Both the position numbers and the translations under genes were made by a program. 64,000 nt of DNA from Nitrospirota bacterium (GTDB lineage Bacteria; Nitrospirota; UBA9217), in contig CAWJQQ010000007.1 of NCBI GenBank assembly GCA_963845065.1, positions 32,001 through 96,000 of the forward strand. Direction: 5' to 3'. Positions 1 through 10,933 of the stretch are shown here, one piece after another. Position 1 is the stretch's first letter. Each line of letters starts with the position of its first letter. Below the pieces are notes generated by a model. That model was given only the letters and a program-made list of their open reading frames with translations, searched no databases and had not been told where the DNA came from.

Positions 1-247
1 GTGGGAACTTTGATTAAAACACATATGTTCAGGAATCATTTTTTTAATTTTTCTCCAGGTCCTGTGCGCCTGACGTCGCAGACTTAGCATCCATGAACAA
101 TGTGCCCCCAAAATAGGTAAGTATGCGAATTGCTTCTGGAAAAGTTTTCGCTCATTTCCTTACGAAACGTCTGACATTATATTTTAATAAGCAGTGAAGG
201 TAATGACAATTTTTTGCACGGTCAGGACCTTTTGATTCTCCAAGATT

Positions 248-535
248 ATGAATGATGCAGTTGAACAACCCATTAACGGAACACTTGACTTGCACACCTT
301 TCAACCTGGTGAGATAAAAGACCTCTTGCCGGAATATCTTATGGAATGCAGAAATCACGGCATTCTTCAGGTGCGCATCATTCACGGTAAAGGGACCGGA
401 ACACTCCGGAGGACCGTGATGTCAATACTGGAGAAACTGCCGTACATTGATTCAATCAGAACTGCAGGGGAAGATGCTGGAGGATGGGGTGCGACGATTG
501 TTACACTGAGAATGCAAGAGCGGGGATCTGGTTAG
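248..535 (+). CDS. Smr domain protein (MutS2 C-terminal-like)
   Basis: 95 aa with LDLH, IIHGKGTG and GGWGATIV Smr motifs. Confidence 0.9.
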   Translation: MNDAVEQPINGTLDLHTFQPGEIKDLLPEYLMECRNHGILQVRIIHGKGTGTLRRTVMSILEKLPYIDSIRTAGEDAGGWGATIVTLRMQERGSG

Positions 536-641
536 ACTCGGATGAACGGACATTACGCGAAACACTTTGCTTTTTCTAGATGACTTATTGGTTTACTAGT
601 TTTTGTTGATATGGTGGATTGCATTGGTTTGGCCGAATAAT

Positions 642-670
642 TAAGGCAGGGTCAATGTCCCCCTGCCTTA
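642..670. terminator. Hairpin at the end of mltD, possible terminator
   Basis: taaggcaggg(642-651)...ccctgcctta(661-670) perfect 10-bp stem overlapping the mltD stop; no strong U tract. Confidence 0.45.
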
Positions 671-2140
671 CGAAGTGGTTAATGTGTTTCTTCTGGGAAT
701 CTTCAGCCTTTGACCGATTCTAAGCAATCTTCCTGAATTGAGCCTGTTCACCTCAAGGATTCTCTGTGTGCTCGTCCGATAGCGAAGCGCAATGAGGGAC
801 AAAGTCTCGCCGCGCCGTACACGATGGACGACGAATTCCACCTTCGGCGGCGACCATTTTGGCATCTGGTCGAGGCTCGCCAGCACCTCTTCTCCTTTGC
901 CCGGAGGCACTCGAAGAGCGTACAGGGTATTCGGCGTGGCATCACGTCGCAATTCTGGGTTGAGAGCCGTAATGTCTTCCACTTCAATGCCGAGTTTGTC
1001 CGCAATCGTGCTCAAGTGCACCGGCCGGCCGATTGTCACTGTTTCATAGGACAGGGGCTTGTCGGGTTCGTTGAGCGTAAATCCGTATTTAGCTGGGTCA
1101 TTGATGATCGCCAATACAGCAAGGAACCGAGGGAAATAGCGCGACGTTTCCTGCGGGAGCTGCCCATAGAAATCCCAAAAACTATCCAGGTAATTAATCT
1201 TTTGCTCTCGTATTACCCTTGCTACTGAACCCTCTCCACAGTTGTACGCGGCGAGGACCGTCGCCCAGTCTCCGAACATCTGGTGGAGTTCTTTAAAATA
1301 GGCAATTGCAGCAGACGTAGATTTTTCAGGATCGAGCCGTTCGTCGATCCAGTCATTTCTCTTGAGACCAAACTTGTACCCCGTCGACGGTATGAACTGC
1401 CACAGACCTAATGCGCGCGACCGAGACATTGCCTTAGTTTTGAAGCCGCTTTCGATAAGCGGAAGCCACGAAAGCTCCTCGGGAAGGCCTGCATCCTTCA
1501 ATGCCTTTATCATTGCGCCGCGATATCTGCCCGAGCGTGCATAGGAGTCCAGGAAGAAATCTCGTTCCAGGGTCTGGAATGACTGTATCTCACGCTCGAC
1601 GTGATCATTTACTACCATGGGAATTGCTTTATGGTTCCCTTTCACGGTAGTCTGGCGGGATGCGTAAAGCTCCATGATTTTTTTGGAGATCATAAACCTA
1701 AGATCGTCCTTTTGCTGGGCAAGTTTCGGGTTATTGGGGACCTTGAGAATAAGGGCATAGGCCTGGTCAAGTGATTCGATCGCTTTATCTATGTCATTGT
1801 CTTTCCAATAAGCCTGCGAAGTGTCGGTAAGTTCCAAGGCTGTGTCGAGTAGTGCTTGGTCGTCATCGACCGGCTCTTTCTTTGCAATTTCTGTACTGTT
1901 GTCATTCTGGTTCTGCAAAGCATTATCTGTTGATGGCGAATCGTACGTTTCCTGATTGACATCAATACTGTAATAAACTGACTCGTCGGATGTAATTGTC
2001 TGCAGTGAATATAATGATTCAGAGGGGGCACATACAATGCCTACTTGGGAAGGCATTGATTTGTGAGCACAGCCTGTGAACACTAAAGAAGCTGAACAGA
2101 AGAAAATGCAGAGGATTAATGAGTTATAAGATGATTTCAT
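668..2140 (-). CDS. mltD: Lytic murein transglycosylase with LysM domain (MltD-like lipoprotein)
   Basis: LIESG, GLWQF and LAAYNCGEG SLT motifs; C-terminal LysM (HRVRRGETLSLIA); lipobox FTGC; ATG at 2140 chosen over upstream TTG. Confidence 0.9.
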   Translation of the reverse strand: MKSSYNSLILCIFFCSASLVFTGCAHKSMPSQVGIVCAPSESLYSLQTITSDESVYYSIDVNQETYDSPSTDNALQNQNDNSTEIAKKEPVDDDQALLDTALELTDTSQAYWKDNDIDKAIESLDQAYALILKVPNNPKLAQQKDDLRFMISKKIMELYASRQTTVKGNHKAIPMVVNDHVEREIQSFQTLERDFFLDSYARSGRYRGAMIKALKDAGLPEELSWLPLIESGFKTKAMSRSRALGLWQFIPSTGYKFGLKRNDWIDERLDPEKSTSAAIAYFKELHQMFGDWATVLAAYNCGEGSVARVIREQKINYLDSFWDFYGQLPQETSRYFPRFLAVLAIINDPAKYGFTLNEPDKPLSYETVTIGRPVHLSTIADKLGIEVEDITALNPELRRDATPNTLYALRVPPGKGEEVLASLDQMPKWSPPKVEFVVHRVRRGETLSLIALRYRTSTQRILEVNRLNSGRLLRIGQRLKIPRRNTLTTS

Positions 2141-2529
2141 AATAATTAGTCCGCATATTATACGATAAACGAAAAAAAAGCAAAACAAATCATGAAACAA
2201 CCATCATTTTTTATACCATGTGAGGAACGATAGCCATTTGACAATGAACTGTCTTTATTATTGTATTAATCAAAAAGATGTATGATCATGCTTATTCAGG
2301 TTTAAACCGATTATCTGCACAGATATGCAACTTAATCAGAATATTGTCCTGAATTACCTCTATAGTTCAGTTATTATGATCAATGGCGAGGTTTAATATC
2401 ACTGGAATTCGCAGGATGCGATAGCGGAAACAACAGTCCAAGGATGGATGAGAAGCCTCGGGCACCGAAAGAACATCTTGACACAGTACTTCCAGAAAGA
2501 GGGTATAGGAGTGGTTATTTCACCCGATG

Positions 2530-4018
2530 TTGACATCCTCCCCGACCTGACGGACGTGGATTCCCGAATCAGGCTCTCCTACTACTGAGGGCCAATGCTG
2601 ATTCTGTTTTCGGATGCGGCAGAGATGTTTGCCACGTACCCGGTTCATGGGCTGATGCTGCTGGCCTGGTATTTCTCCAGGCGAACCGGTTGACCGAAGG
2701 CTGTGCCAAACAGCCACTACTCCAGGAGACACCTTTGTGTTCCGGGAGATACTTTTTAAGAATGTTGATTGCTCCGTTCACGTCAGCATGGATTACGGCG
2801 CCGCAATGCTTGCAAACATAGAGGCCACGATGCACACGGCTGGCCTTATCCCTTGTGTTGCATACACAGCAGGTCTGGCTCGTGTAGTGCTCCTTTTCTT
2901 CTACAACGCGGATGCCTTTGAGTCTGGCTTTGTACGTAAGCATCCTGACGATCCGGTCAAACGGCCATTTATGGAACTGCTGGTTTCCGCTCTTTCCCCA
3001 ATCTTTGCCTTCTCTGATGTCCTTCAGGTCCCCCACGATGATCGTGGAGACACCGCGAGCTTCTGCATCGCGGACAAGGGATTTGGTAAAGCTGTGGAGC
3101 AGGTGGGAACGCTGACGAGACCGTTTCTGGTTCAACGCACCTGATTTCCGGGACTTGCTGTTGGTCGTCTTTGACTTTTGCATTTCAAAGTACCGCTCGA
3201 GAGCGGCCAACTCACCACCTGGCCAAAGGGAGGTGCTTCCATCCGTGCATGCCGTGGCGGCCAGATACTTCATACCCAAGTCAAGTGCCATCGTTTCCCC
3301 TTCTCCTTTCAATACGGGGAGCGTTATCTTATAGACCAGGTGGACAAACCACATGCCTTTATCATGTACCAGACGGCCTATCTGGACATTGTCCTCGGTA
3401 AGACGTGTGCCGTTAGGAAGGCGAAGCTTCAGAAAGAGAAATTGTTTTCCGTAGATGTCCTTCGGGATGCTGAGGCGCACCGTGGAGGTACGCTCATTCC
3501 ACGTGACGGCTCTTTGTTTGAATGTCACTGTTGACAGATCAGTTTTTCGTCTGAAACCCAGGGGTTGGCTTTCCTATCGCCTTTCTTACGGAGCGCAAAC
3601 CATGATTGATGGTACTGCCGAAGCTCTTCCAGGATTGCCTGAGAGCTCTGGGAGTGCAGCCGGCGATACCAGAGCGGATGCTCTTGTTTAAGAGCGACAT
3701 CAAGCTCGGGGTAGGTAGGGATTTTCCCTGTGCCCGCCCAGACTTTCCTGGTATGCCATACCGCGGTGTTCCAAAGTTTCGTTGCGGAAAAACCAAGCAG
3801 CCCGAGCGATAGAGCGGTGCTGTCGTCCGTTACCAATGCTTTACCAACGACAGTCATGGCTTGTACAGAGGAATCTTGGGCTGAATCAGACATGAAGGCA
3901 ATTACATCAGGCAGGTGAACTTTTGTCAATGTCTGATCAGGAACAGCAATTCCTTGTATGCTTCGCTACAAGCGCCTTATATCCCCGTCCTTACGGACGG
4001 CGTCTTACGGCGCGTAAG
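2530..4018 (-). mobile_element. IS200/IS605-family tnpB-only element (IS1341-like), family A copy 1
   Basis: Left-end hairpin ccgtcc-ttac-ggacgg near 3985-4000, preceded on the minus strand by TTTAT (4019-4023); right end ...ggggaggatgTCAA at 2530; no TSD; excision restores the CAP frame. Confidence 0.9.
2569..3929 (-). pseudogene. tnpB: TnpB, frameshifted near 3560
   Basis: ORFs 3525-3929 and 2569-3528 join by a -1 shift (KANP/LGFRRKTDLSTVTFKQ); RuvC-I ALDLG, Zn finger CCVC...CKHC, RuvC-III HADVNGAINI. Confidence 0.85.
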
Positions 4019-4052
4019 ATAAAGCTTACATTACCCAGAATTTTTGCTGAAC

Positions 4053-4436
4053 TTACCCCTTCCAGGCAACAAAATCTATCTCAATAGCCACGTCTTTCGG
4101 TAGATTCGAGACTTCAACAGTGGCCCGGGCCGGAGGATCTGATGGAAAGTATCCTCCATAGATTTCGTTTACAGCTGCGAAATCAGCTATGTTCTTAAGA
4201 TAGATTGTCGACTTAACAACGTTCAGCATGCTGCATCCAGCTGCCAATAAAATTGATTTGGCATTTTCCATTACCAATCGCGCCTGAGCACGAATATCCC
4301 TCTGAAGAACACTCCCTGATTTTGGGTCAACAGGTATCTGACCTGAAACGAAGACAAACCCGCCGGCATCTATAGCCTGTGAATAGGGTCCAATAGCCTG
4401 TGGAGCATCTGTAGTTTTAACAATTTTACGCAGCAT
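4053..4436 (-). CDS. ridA: RidA family enamine/imine deaminase
   Basis: APQAIGPYSQAI, SGQIP and PPARATVEV motifs. Confidence 0.95.
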   Translation of the reverse strand: MLRKIVKTTDAPQAIGPYSQAIDAGGFVFVSGQIPVDPKSGSVLQRDIRAQARLVMENAKSILLAAGCSMLNVVKSTIYLKNIADFAAVNEIYGGYFPSDPPARATVEVSNLPKDVAIEIDFVAWKG

Positions 4437-4649
4437 CGTAGCCTCCAGTTAAACATTAATAATAGATTATAAATATATAATATCATTATATAAAATAAAC
4501 TTAAAGTAAACCATTATGTTGAGAAGATGAAGGTAGTGATAGTATAGCCAATATTTTGACTTAATGTATGAAATGTAATTCTATTAATTGCTATTGGAAT
4601 TACCATTGGTAAGGCTCGATAAGATTATTAGGAGTTGCTCGTCTAGAAA

Positions 4650-6797
4650 CTATCCGGTCTTTACCCGCTTGACGTCTACGACGCCCTTTATTCCTTCAAT
4701 GTTCTTAAGAATCTTATTTAGGTGTTCTACATCTTTAATGTCTATAGTGAAATTTAGCGTGGCTTGCCGGTCTTCTCCGGTAATCACTTCGGCATGTGTG
4801 ATATTTGCCTCTGCGGCGCTTATTGATGATGATACGCTTGCAAGAAGACCTGGTTTATCCTGGGATTTCACCGATATTTTAACAGCATGGGCGGCTGTCT
4901 GTAAATCTCCCCAAGAAACGTCTACGAGCCTGTCCTTGTCAAACGTAAGCTCCCCCACGTTAGAGCAGTCGGCCGTATGAATCGATACTCCCCTTCCACG
5001 CGTGATAAAGCCGATAACTTTGTCGCCTGGTACAGGATTACAGCACTTGGATAAGTGAATGAGCATATTGTCCATACCGCTGATTTTCATTGCGCCACTT
5101 GATGGTTTTTCATGCCTCTGAAGTGGCTTTTTGGGGGGAGGCTCAATATGCGATTTTTCCGGGGACAGTTTGTTCGCTACTAAATGAGCCGAAACCTTGC
5201 CATAACCTATGGCTGCAAGCAGATCATCGAGGGTATTGTGGGACATCTCATTAGCCAAATGAATAAGGTCTTCTGACTTGAATATTTTGGACGGGTTGAG
5301 ATCGTGCTTCTTGAGCTCTTTTTCCAGAAGTTCCTTGCCTAGCAGGATGCTTCTTCTTCTCTCTTCGGCCTTGAGCCAAGCCTTGATCCTCGTCCGAGCC
5401 TTCGACGTTTTGACGAATTTGAGCCAGTCACGACTCGGTGTATGACCGGTCTGGGTAATAACTTCAATCTTGTCGCCATTGCGCAGGATATGTTTCAATG
5501 GGACGATCCTACCGTTGACCTTTGCACCCACGCACTGATGGCCGATATCAGTATGGACGCTGTAGGCAAAATCGACAGGCGTCGAGCCCTGTGGAAGCTC
5601 TTTTACGTCTCCCCGCGGGGTGAAAACGTAGACCATGTCGGGAAATAGGTCTCCCTTGACCGTTTCCATGAACTCTTTGGCATCAGGGAGGTCTCGCTGC
5701 CATTCCATGAGCTGACGGAGCCAGGCAAACTGCTGTTCTTCGCGCTGGCTGATGGCCGATTTCTCCTTATACCGCCAATGCGCGGCGATGCCTTCCTCAG
5801 CCAGCCGATGCATCTCCTCTGTGCGTATCTGGAATTCTACTCGTTCGCCCTTCGGCCCAATGACCGTGGTGTGAAGCGACTGGTACAGATTAGACTTGGG
5901 AACACCGATGAAGTCCTTGAAGCGGCCGGGCACGGGTGTCCAGAGGGAATGAATAAGGCCGAGGATAGCGTAGCAGTTTACCTTAGTATCGGTAATGATC
6001 CGGATCGCAATCAGGTCGTACACATCCTCGAAGGAAATCCCCTGCTTAAGCATTTTAAGGTATATACTGTAAAAATGCTTGGGACGGCCTTTAACCTCGC
6101 CTTTGTATCCGTGCTCAGCGAGCTGTCTTTTCATCACATCTATGAGGTCATTGATGTACGTTTCACGCTCAATACGTCGCTGGTTGATCTTCCTGCTGAG
6201 TTCGTCGTATGCCTCTCGGTTCAAGTACATAAACGAGAGATCTTCCAGTTCGGTTTTGATCTTAGAAATTCCGAGACGGTTTGCAAGCGGAGCATAGATA
6301 TCGAGTGTCTCCTGGGCAATGCGTTTCTGTTTTTCCGGAGGGAGCGATTTTAGTGTGCGCATGTTGTGGAGACGGTCCGCGAGTTTGATGAGAATGACAC
6401 GGATATCTTTGGCCATGGCTACTACCATTTTGCGGAAATTTTCGGCCTCCCGCTGCTCTCGGCTTTGGAGCTCCATCCTGGACAACTTAGTCATGCCATC
6501 CACGAGCATAGAAACCTCGGGACCGAACACTGCTGTTATCTCATCAAGTGTGGTATTGGTATCTTCTATGGTATCATGCAGAAGGCTGGCGGTCACGGTT
6601 GCGGCGTCGAGTTTAAGACTGGCGATTATGGCAGCAACTTCTATGGGATGGTTCAGATATGCTTCGCCGGAGAGGCGAGTTTGTCCTTGGTGGACCTTTG
6701 CAGAAAAGATGTAAGCGCGCCGTATCGGATCCACGTCCGCGTCGGGGTGGTAGGTTTGTATCCGCTCGACTATGTCTTCAAGGCGAACCGCAGGCAT
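4650..6797 (-). CDS. relA: Bifunctional (p)ppGpp synthetase/hydrolase Rel
   Basis: HD domain (LLHDTIED), synthetase (YQSLHT, EFQIRT), TGS and ACT domains. Confidence 0.97.
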   Translation of the reverse strand: MPAVRLEDIVERIQTYHPDADVDPIRRAYIFSAKVHQGQTRLSGEAYLNHPIEVAAIIASLKLDAATVTASLLHDTIEDTNTTLDEITAVFGPEVSMLVDGMTKLSRMELQSREQREAENFRKMVVAMAKDIRVILIKLADRLHNMRTLKSLPPEKQKRIAQETLDIYAPLANRLGISKIKTELEDLSFMYLNREAYDELSRKINQRRIERETYINDLIDVMKRQLAEHGYKGEVKGRPKHFYSIYLKMLKQGISFEDVYDLIAIRIITDTKVNCYAILGLIHSLWTPVPGRFKDFIGVPKSNLYQSLHTTVIGPKGERVEFQIRTEEMHRLAEEGIAAHWRYKEKSAISQREEQQFAWLRQLMEWQRDLPDAKEFMETVKGDLFPDMVYVFTPRGDVKELPQGSTPVDFAYSVHTDIGHQCVGAKVNGRIVPLKHILRNGDKIEVITQTGHTPSRDWLKFVKTSKARTRIKAWLKAEERRRSILLGKELLEKELKKHDLNPSKIFKSEDLIHLANEMSHNTLDDLLAAIGYGKVSAHLVANKLSPEKSHIEPPPKKPLQRHEKPSSGAMKISGMDNMLIHLSKCCNPVPGDKVIGFITRGRGVSIHTADCSNVGELTFDKDRLVDVSWGDLQTAAHAVKISVKSQDKPGLLASVSSSISAAEANITHAEVITGEDRQATLNFTIDIKDVEHLNKILKNIEGIKGVVDVKRVKTG

Positions 6798-6833
6798 AAT
6801 GACCCTCAAACTCGCAATGCAAGAGGCAAAACT

Positions 6834-8606
6834 TCATTTATCTGTCTTAATGTCCCGTATCTCCAGCTGGACCGTTGTCGTTCCGTTCCAAACATTAATG
6901 CGGGGCGTGAACACGGCTGCCAGCCGGGCGCCATCCCTCACCTGCTTGCCCAGCATACTGCCCAGATTAAAGGCAATGGCTCCTACAGCTGCTCCTGATC
7001 CCTGTTTCAGGCGAAGCTTGAGGTGATTGTTGCCGACAATTCGGGATGAAACTACTTCAAGACCTCGTGTCCCGAGCCGCGGCTCCGGATTGCCTTGCCC
7101 GAAGGGAGCGAGCTTCTCCATTTCCCGCACGAGATCCATGGTCAACTCATCGAGCGTTACGGTGCCATCTACGCATAATAAACGAATAAAGCCCTGCGAT
7201 CCAACGCTCTCCATCACTAAGGCACTTAAACGTTCGCGGAATAGAGATATATTTTGCGGCGTTATGGTAAATCCCGCAGCATATCTGTGTCCGCCGAACC
7301 CAATAAGGAGGTCTCTGCAGTTACAAAGTCCTTCGTAGATATCAAAGCCGTGTATGCTTCTGGCTGATCCTTTTCCTATGCCATTTTGTATGGAGATGAG
7401 TGCTGTAGGGCGATAAAACTCCTCAACGATCCTCGAAGAAACAATTCCAATGACTCCGGGGTGCCAGTCATCAGACGACAGCACAATAGCTCCGACTGTA
7501 GAAATATCCGTTCGTAGACATTGTTGCCTTGCATTATTCCAGATGCATTCTTCGATGGTCTGACGCTCCTTATTCACTGCATCAAGTGCTGACGCCAGTT
7601 GCCCGGCCTCTTCAAGAGAGTCCGTCGTGAGCAGACGGAAGGCCATATCGGCCCTTTCAAGTCTGCCGCTCGCATTGATACGCGGGGCTATGGTAAACCC
7701 GACTGTGCCGACGCTAATTTTTTTGCCATGAAGCCCCGTTACCTGTTTTAATGCTGCAATACCAGGTCTCTGAGACGGCAGACTCGAGGATAGTACTTCC
7801 AGTCCGTGTCTGATCAGGATCCTGTTTTCGCCTATGACTTTGCCGACATCCGCCACTGTCCCGAGAGTCACGAGGTCGAGATAGGGTCTGAGGTGCTCGT
7901 CATCGGCATTTGAATCCAGAAGCGCTTGTGCGAATTTAAAGGCGATGCCAACGCCAGTCAATCCGCTTACTGACAGGCGGTCTTCCGCAGATGACCCGAG
8001 TGTTACCAACACCGGATGAAGGATTGCTAGGGCATCGGGCAGAATAAAATCATTGAAGGCAGCTGGGCTGCTGGAACCGTTTAAACCATCAGAAGAATTG
8101 AGTTCGTGGTGATCGGTAATGATCAAATCTAACCCAAGGGTACGTGCAGTTACCGCTTCCTTAAAAGCGGTAATACCACAGTCAACGGTTATGACCAATG
8201 ATGTACCAGATTCCCTTAGAATTGTGAGGGCGGCTGCATTCAGTCCATAGCCCTCGGATATGCGGTCAGGGATATAACTGCGAACATTCGCACCAAGCCC
8301 CTTAAGCACGAGATACAAGAGAGCAGTTCCCGTAACTCCGTCGACATCATAGTCACCGAATATAACAATATTCTCATTCGCTGCTATCGCTGTTCTGACC
8401 CGGTTTACTGCCCTGTCCATATGGCAGTACATTCCTGGGTCGGATACCGTCGACAGATCACAAGACAGAAAGGACTTCGCTGCAGCAGGGTCGGAAATTC
8501 CCCGATTGACCATCAATCGTGCAACGAGCGGGTGGAGCCCTGTCTGGTTAGAAATTGTGTCCGCAATGTGGGAATCAGACTCTGTGAGGACCCATTTCAT
8601 ACTCAT
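6834..8606 (-). CDS. recJ: Single-stranded DNA exonuclease RecJ
   Basis: GDYDVDG, TVDCG, ITDHH, PRINASGR, GSARS and GGH motifs. Confidence 0.97.
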   Translation of the reverse strand: MSMKWVLTESDSHIADTISNQTGLHPLVARLMVNRGISDPAAAKSFLSCDLSTVSDPGMYCHMDRAVNRVRTAIAANENIVIFGDYDVDGVTGTALLYLVLKGLGANVRSYIPDRISEGYGLNAAALTILRESGTSLVITVDCGITAFKEAVTARTLGLDLIITDHHELNSSDGLNGSSSPAAFNDFILPDALAILHPVLVTLGSSAEDRLSVSGLTGVGIAFKFAQALLDSNADDEHLRPYLDLVTLGTVADVGKVIGENRILIRHGLEVLSSSLPSQRPGIAALKQVTGLHGKKISVGTVGFTIAPRINASGRLERADMAFRLLTTDSLEEAGQLASALDAVNKERQTIEECIWNNARQQCLRTDISTVGAIVLSSDDWHPGVIGIVSSRIVEEFYRPTALISIQNGIGKGSARSIHGFDIYEGLCNCRDLLIGFGGHRYAAGFTITPQNISLFRERLSALVMESVGSQGFIRLLCVDGTVTLDELTMDLVREMEKLAPFGQGNPEPRLGTRGLEVVSSRIVGNNHLKLRLKQGSGAAVGAIAFNLGSMLGKQVRDGARLAAVFTPRINVWNGTTTVQLEIRDIKTDK

Positions 8607-8690
8607 GGCTACGCCTTCATACTTTATCGCCGTTACATTTCTTTGCCGTTTCATTGGGAGAATCCGAAAGGCTTTTTTTAAAAAATCTAA

Positions 8691-9281
8691 TCAACTTTGG
8701 CATCTCCAATTCGTACATTCAGCATCCTCGTAGTCCTTCGGCGTATTCAGATTTTTAAATGACTTCCGTCCGGGATCAAAGCGGTCTATCTCCTGCTCTG
8801 TTACGTAACGCATCTGTACATGTCCGAACAACTCACGAATGCGTCTCCGATCATGTTTGATCTGCTCTTCTATAAGCGGTATGAGCCTTTTTCGATAGAT
8901 GGCGTGCAACGGCTCGAGCAGACCGTTGAGGGATGGGATGACAATATCATGGCCCTCTGCCAACCCTGCCATGTATGAAATCAAGGCCGGATTCAGGTAC
9001 GGCATATCGCAGGCCACAATGAAATTATATTCGGTGGATGACCTTATCAGACCGGAGTAGATTCCGGTAAGTGGTCCCCTTATATCAAATGCATCGGTAA
9101 CCACATTTACCTGGTAGCCTGTATAATGCTCTGGTGCATTTGTAACAATAATCAGGTTATGAAATACGCTCTGGAGTGATCTCAGAACGTGTTCTATCAA
9201 CGGAACACCTGCGACCTTCAGAAAAGCTTTGTCAGTACCCATGCGCCGGTTCTCACCGCCTGACAACACAATCCCTGTCAT
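8691..9281 (-). CDS. mobA: Molybdenum cofactor guanylyltransferase
   Basis: LSGGENRRMGTDKA, GPLTGI, ACDMP, EPLHAIY and NLNTP motifs. Confidence 0.93.
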   Translation of the reverse strand: MTGIVLSGGENRRMGTDKAFLKVAGVPLIEHVLRSLQSVFHNLIIVTNAPEHYTGYQVNVVTDAFDIRGPLTGIYSGLIRSSTEYNFIVACDMPYLNPALISYMAGLAEGHDIVIPSLNGLLEPLHAIYRKRLIPLIEEQIKHDRRRIRELFGHVQMRYVTEQEIDRFDPGRKSFKNLNTPKDYEDAECTNWRCQS

Positions 9282-9339
9282 GTTTTAAAATTACAGCATT
9301 TGCTATAAGGTGTCAACAACGAACTTGAGAGACCCCATG

Positions 9340-10163
9340 ATAATAAACGAAAAAATACAAAGAAATGAGTGCTGTACCTGACCACTCCTCGTGAGTGTCG
9401 AATCCAAGAGTGCCAGTTTACAAGGGCAAGTATAAAAGGACTACAACGACGTTGGCACGGTTAAGAAAGACGCCAAGCCGTGTCGCTTATCAAATAAGTA
9501 CGAGGAAACCAGAGCCAATCTCTCTGATTTTTAACGAAAAAGGAGGCGGGCAGAAAGTCGGCATGGAAAGCTTGTAGATGAGATATTAGCATTAGGAAGC
9601 GTCATCAAGCTGGAAGGTCTGAGCTATAGGTCATTAAAGTCTAATTTCGGCAAAGTGATGATTTTCGGCACCGGGGATATTTGCATCAATGCGTAACCAC
9701 AAGGCTGTGAGTGCCCGTGGCGAAGTGGTTGATCTTCCAGTCCGGAAACTCAGACTTACCCAGACCTGCCAGTGCACGAAGGTGGTGTAAAAGGCACTTT
9801 CCACGCGTTGGCTTAACTGCGACGCGGTTTACGGGTTCAACGCGATCTCTCTGGTCCGCATTTCTCACATATCACGTTTACGATTGGTTCTTGATACGGC
9901 CGGGGCAGCAATGCCCTGGTCCGGTTGCGGAACCGCTCCTCGCATAGGTTGTATCGAGACTGCTTCTCCAAGCTTCAAATGAAGAAACTGCATTTCCCCG
10001 AAGCTTCGGTCTCGGCCGGAGACAGAGTGGATCACCTGTGAAAGAAGACCATATTAAAACCAACAACCGGGATGTTTTAGCGGCCAGCACATATATATCG
10101 TGAGAGCCCGGAAAAGGAATTGGGTTTTTAGAACCCCCGGGCTTTAGTCTTGGGGAGGTTCAG
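9340..10163 (+). mobile_element. tnpB: Heavily decayed TnpB family B element with retained right end
   Basis: Fragments SVESKS, HGKLVDEILALG, LSYRSLKSNFGK and LPVRKLRLTQTCQC match the 30.5-kb TnpB; ends gaacccccgggctttagtcttggggaggTTCAG like the other copies; left boundary approximate. Confidence 0.8.
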
Positions 10164-10595
10164 ACCTGCGACATTGTTTTTCTTTTTAAGGATATCTTCA
10201 ATCTCTTTGGCAGAGAACAGCTTACCTCTGCCGACACCCGGACAGGTAGGCACGACCTCCTGTCCCCAAACAACGCTGTTCATATTCTCAGGCCAAAACG
10301 GCCAGGTACGACATTGCCAGGGTCGGGAATCATAGACATCACATTTGTTGTTTTTGAGGAATGGACAGTCCTTATTATTATATTTTAGTTCATAGAGACC
10401 ATCGATTTTTTTCGTATATATCGCAGTAAACTCCGTCAAAGACATATTCAGATGCCCTGCAAGCCGCCGCCGGTCATTAAACGAAAGATACACATAACCA
10501 TATCTTCCCCGCGTTATGCAGCATCCGCCGTCACCCTGGCACTCGAAGCGTATCCCGTCCTGATAAAACTGCTTTCCCTTACTCACTATTTCCAC
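10128..10595 (-). CDS. YkgJ family cysteine-cluster protein
   Basis: FECQGDGGCC, CPFL, CDVYDSRPWQCRTWPFW and CPG motifs. Confidence 0.9.
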   Translation of the reverse strand: MEIVSKGKQFYQDGIRFECQGDGGCCITRGRYGYVYLSFNDRRRLAGHLNMSLTEFTAIYTKKIDGLYELKYNNKDCPFLKNNKCDVYDSRPWQCRTWPFWPENMNSVVWGQEVVPTCPGVGRGKLFSAKEIEDILKKKNNVAGLNLPKTKARGF

Positions 10596-10645
10596 GCCTC
10601 CTTAAAAGGTTGTTGCTTATTCCATCTTGTGATTGTCTAAGAAGT

Positions 10646-10933
10646 CTATTCCTGTTCTATCGTTGCAATCAGTGAAAGTGAATGGAGTTGGTCCCGATGA
10701 AGCTCGGCTTGTTCTAGTGGCTCAACAACACACAGCGCGACGCCATTACGGTGCGCTTCCAACATGATCCGTTCACATTCCTCTTTCCTAAACTTAAATA
10801 CCTTCATCAGAGATAGAACAACATAATCCATTGAATTTTTGTCATCATTATGAAGCAAGACTTTGTAACGCGGAATATGAGTAGTGTGCAGTTGAGTTAG
10901 TTCCGCAGGTGAAGTCGATGGTTGTATGGTCAT
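10646..10933 (-). CDS. clpS: ATP-dependent Clp protease adaptor ClpS
   Basis: YKVLLHNDDKNSMDYVV and IMLEAHRNG motifs. Confidence 0.93.
   Translation of the reverse strand: MTIQPSTSPAELTQLHTTHIPRYKVLLHNDDKNSMDYVVLSLMKVFKFRKEECERIMLEAHRNGVALCVVEPLEQAELHRDQLHSLSLIATIEQE

Larger units (their letters stand above)
2337..4050 (+). pseudogene. CAP/SCP-domain gene remnant split by the IS605-type element (pieces 2337-2529 and 4019-4050)
   Basis: Reads QNIVLNYLYSSVIMINGEV*YHWNSQDAIAETTVQGWMRSLGHRKNILTQYFQKEGIGVVISPD and resumes in frame after the IS as DKAYITQNFC*; WMxSxGHRxNIL is the CAP motif; in-frame TAA at 2394. Confidence 0.8.

Noticed and set aside
3525..3570. Programmed -1 frameshift in family A tnpB
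   Set aside because: No clear slippery heptamer at the shift; a single-base deletion is simpler.
4440..4600. Very AT-rich stretch with a short palindrome upstream of ridA
   Set aside because: Consistent with ordinary promoter DNA; no DnaA boxes or iterons seen.
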